7,261 nt of DNA from a virus (lineage: Duplodnaviria; Heunggongvirae; Uroviricota; Caudoviricetes): IMG/VR virus record IMGVR_UViG_2778261276_000010, positions 1-7,261 of that record. One strand, 5' to 3'. Positions 6,741-7,261 of the stretch are shown here, piece after piece. Made by a program: the position numbers and the translations under genes. Each line of letters opens with the position of its first letter. Position 1 is the stretch's first letter. The notes below the pieces were generated by a model. The model ran no database searches. It was not told the DNA's origin and saw only the letters and a list, made by a program, of their open reading frames with translations.

Positions 6741-7261
6741 ACCAGCAACGCCGCCCGCGCTTTGTTATAACGACTATTTCTGTCAGCCAGTCCATTCTGG
6801 CCACCGTTGATGATCTGCGTTACACGGACAACATCACCTGAATACATCAGACAACCACGTAATGTGAAATACCATGCAGCAGAACGGGCTGCATGTTTCT
6901 CCTGTGTCAGCAACTCTGGTGTGCTGATCAGATCCAACTTCAGCGCCGCACCGCATTTGGCGTAGTTCTCGCGGCCGGTGATTTGAAGCAGGCCACGACC
7001 GCGATATTTCCAGCCGTCACCCTGGCTGTTATTCCCCATGCGGTCACCATAAACCAGATTGGCTATTTGCGGCTGGTGGGCTACCTGCTTACCATCGACA
7101 CGCCCCAGCATTTCACACTGATAAGGCGTCAGGCGTTTACTAAAGGTTTTCTTCAGCCCGTCTACCGAGTAGTTGAAGCTTTCCACCAGCGAGGTAAAAC
7201 CAGCAGATTCATGCCCAACTTGTGCAATGAACATGGCCTGATCGTTAACTGCTGTGATTCC
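6737..7261 (-). CDS. Phage endolysin, glycoside hydrolase family 19 (chitinase-like lysozyme); 5' end lies beyond the window
   Basis: Motifs [15 protein letters not shown] (two Glu about 9 residues apart) and [15 protein letters not shown] match the GH19 signature. The frame stays open upstream of the Met at 7234 to the window edge (..[19 protein letters not shown]), so the real start is probably off-window. Confidence 0.85.
   Translation of the reverse strand, partial: GITAVNDQAMFIAQVGHESAGFTSLVESFNYSVDGLKKTFSKRLTPYQCEMLGRVDGKQVAHQPQIANLVYGDRMGNNSQGDGWKYRGRGLLQITGRENYAKCGAALKLDLISTPELLTQEKHAARSAAWYFTLRGCLMYSGDVVRVTQIINGGQNGLADRNSRYNKARAALLV

Overview
This window appears to be the attachment-site-proximal end of a degraded lambdoid-type prophage, plus its flank. 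All calls rest on reading the sequence and ORF track by eye and on remembered family signatures; no database search was run. The prophage late genes lie on the minus strand, from high to low coordinates: a GH19-type endolysin (5' end off-window), an Rz i-spanin with an embedded Rz1 o-spanin, a small membrane protein, an intrinsic terminator, a small acidic protein and a 49-codon HNH-endonuclease-like remnant. These are followed directly by a short tail-fibre gene whose C-terminal half lies inside a ~1.84 kb Pin-invertible segment, then the pin invertase gene. Between pin and a 66-nt tRNA-Ser(CGA) 3' fragment (probable att remnant) sits one plus-strand cargo gene with a GIY-YIG-like motif and an unrecognised C-terminal half; this is the best candidate for an undescribed function. 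Left of the tRNA fragment is an AT-rich segment encoding an AppY/YdeO/GadX-like AraC regulator, abutted by the right end of an IS2-like IS3-family element. No CRISPR array or rRNA was seen.
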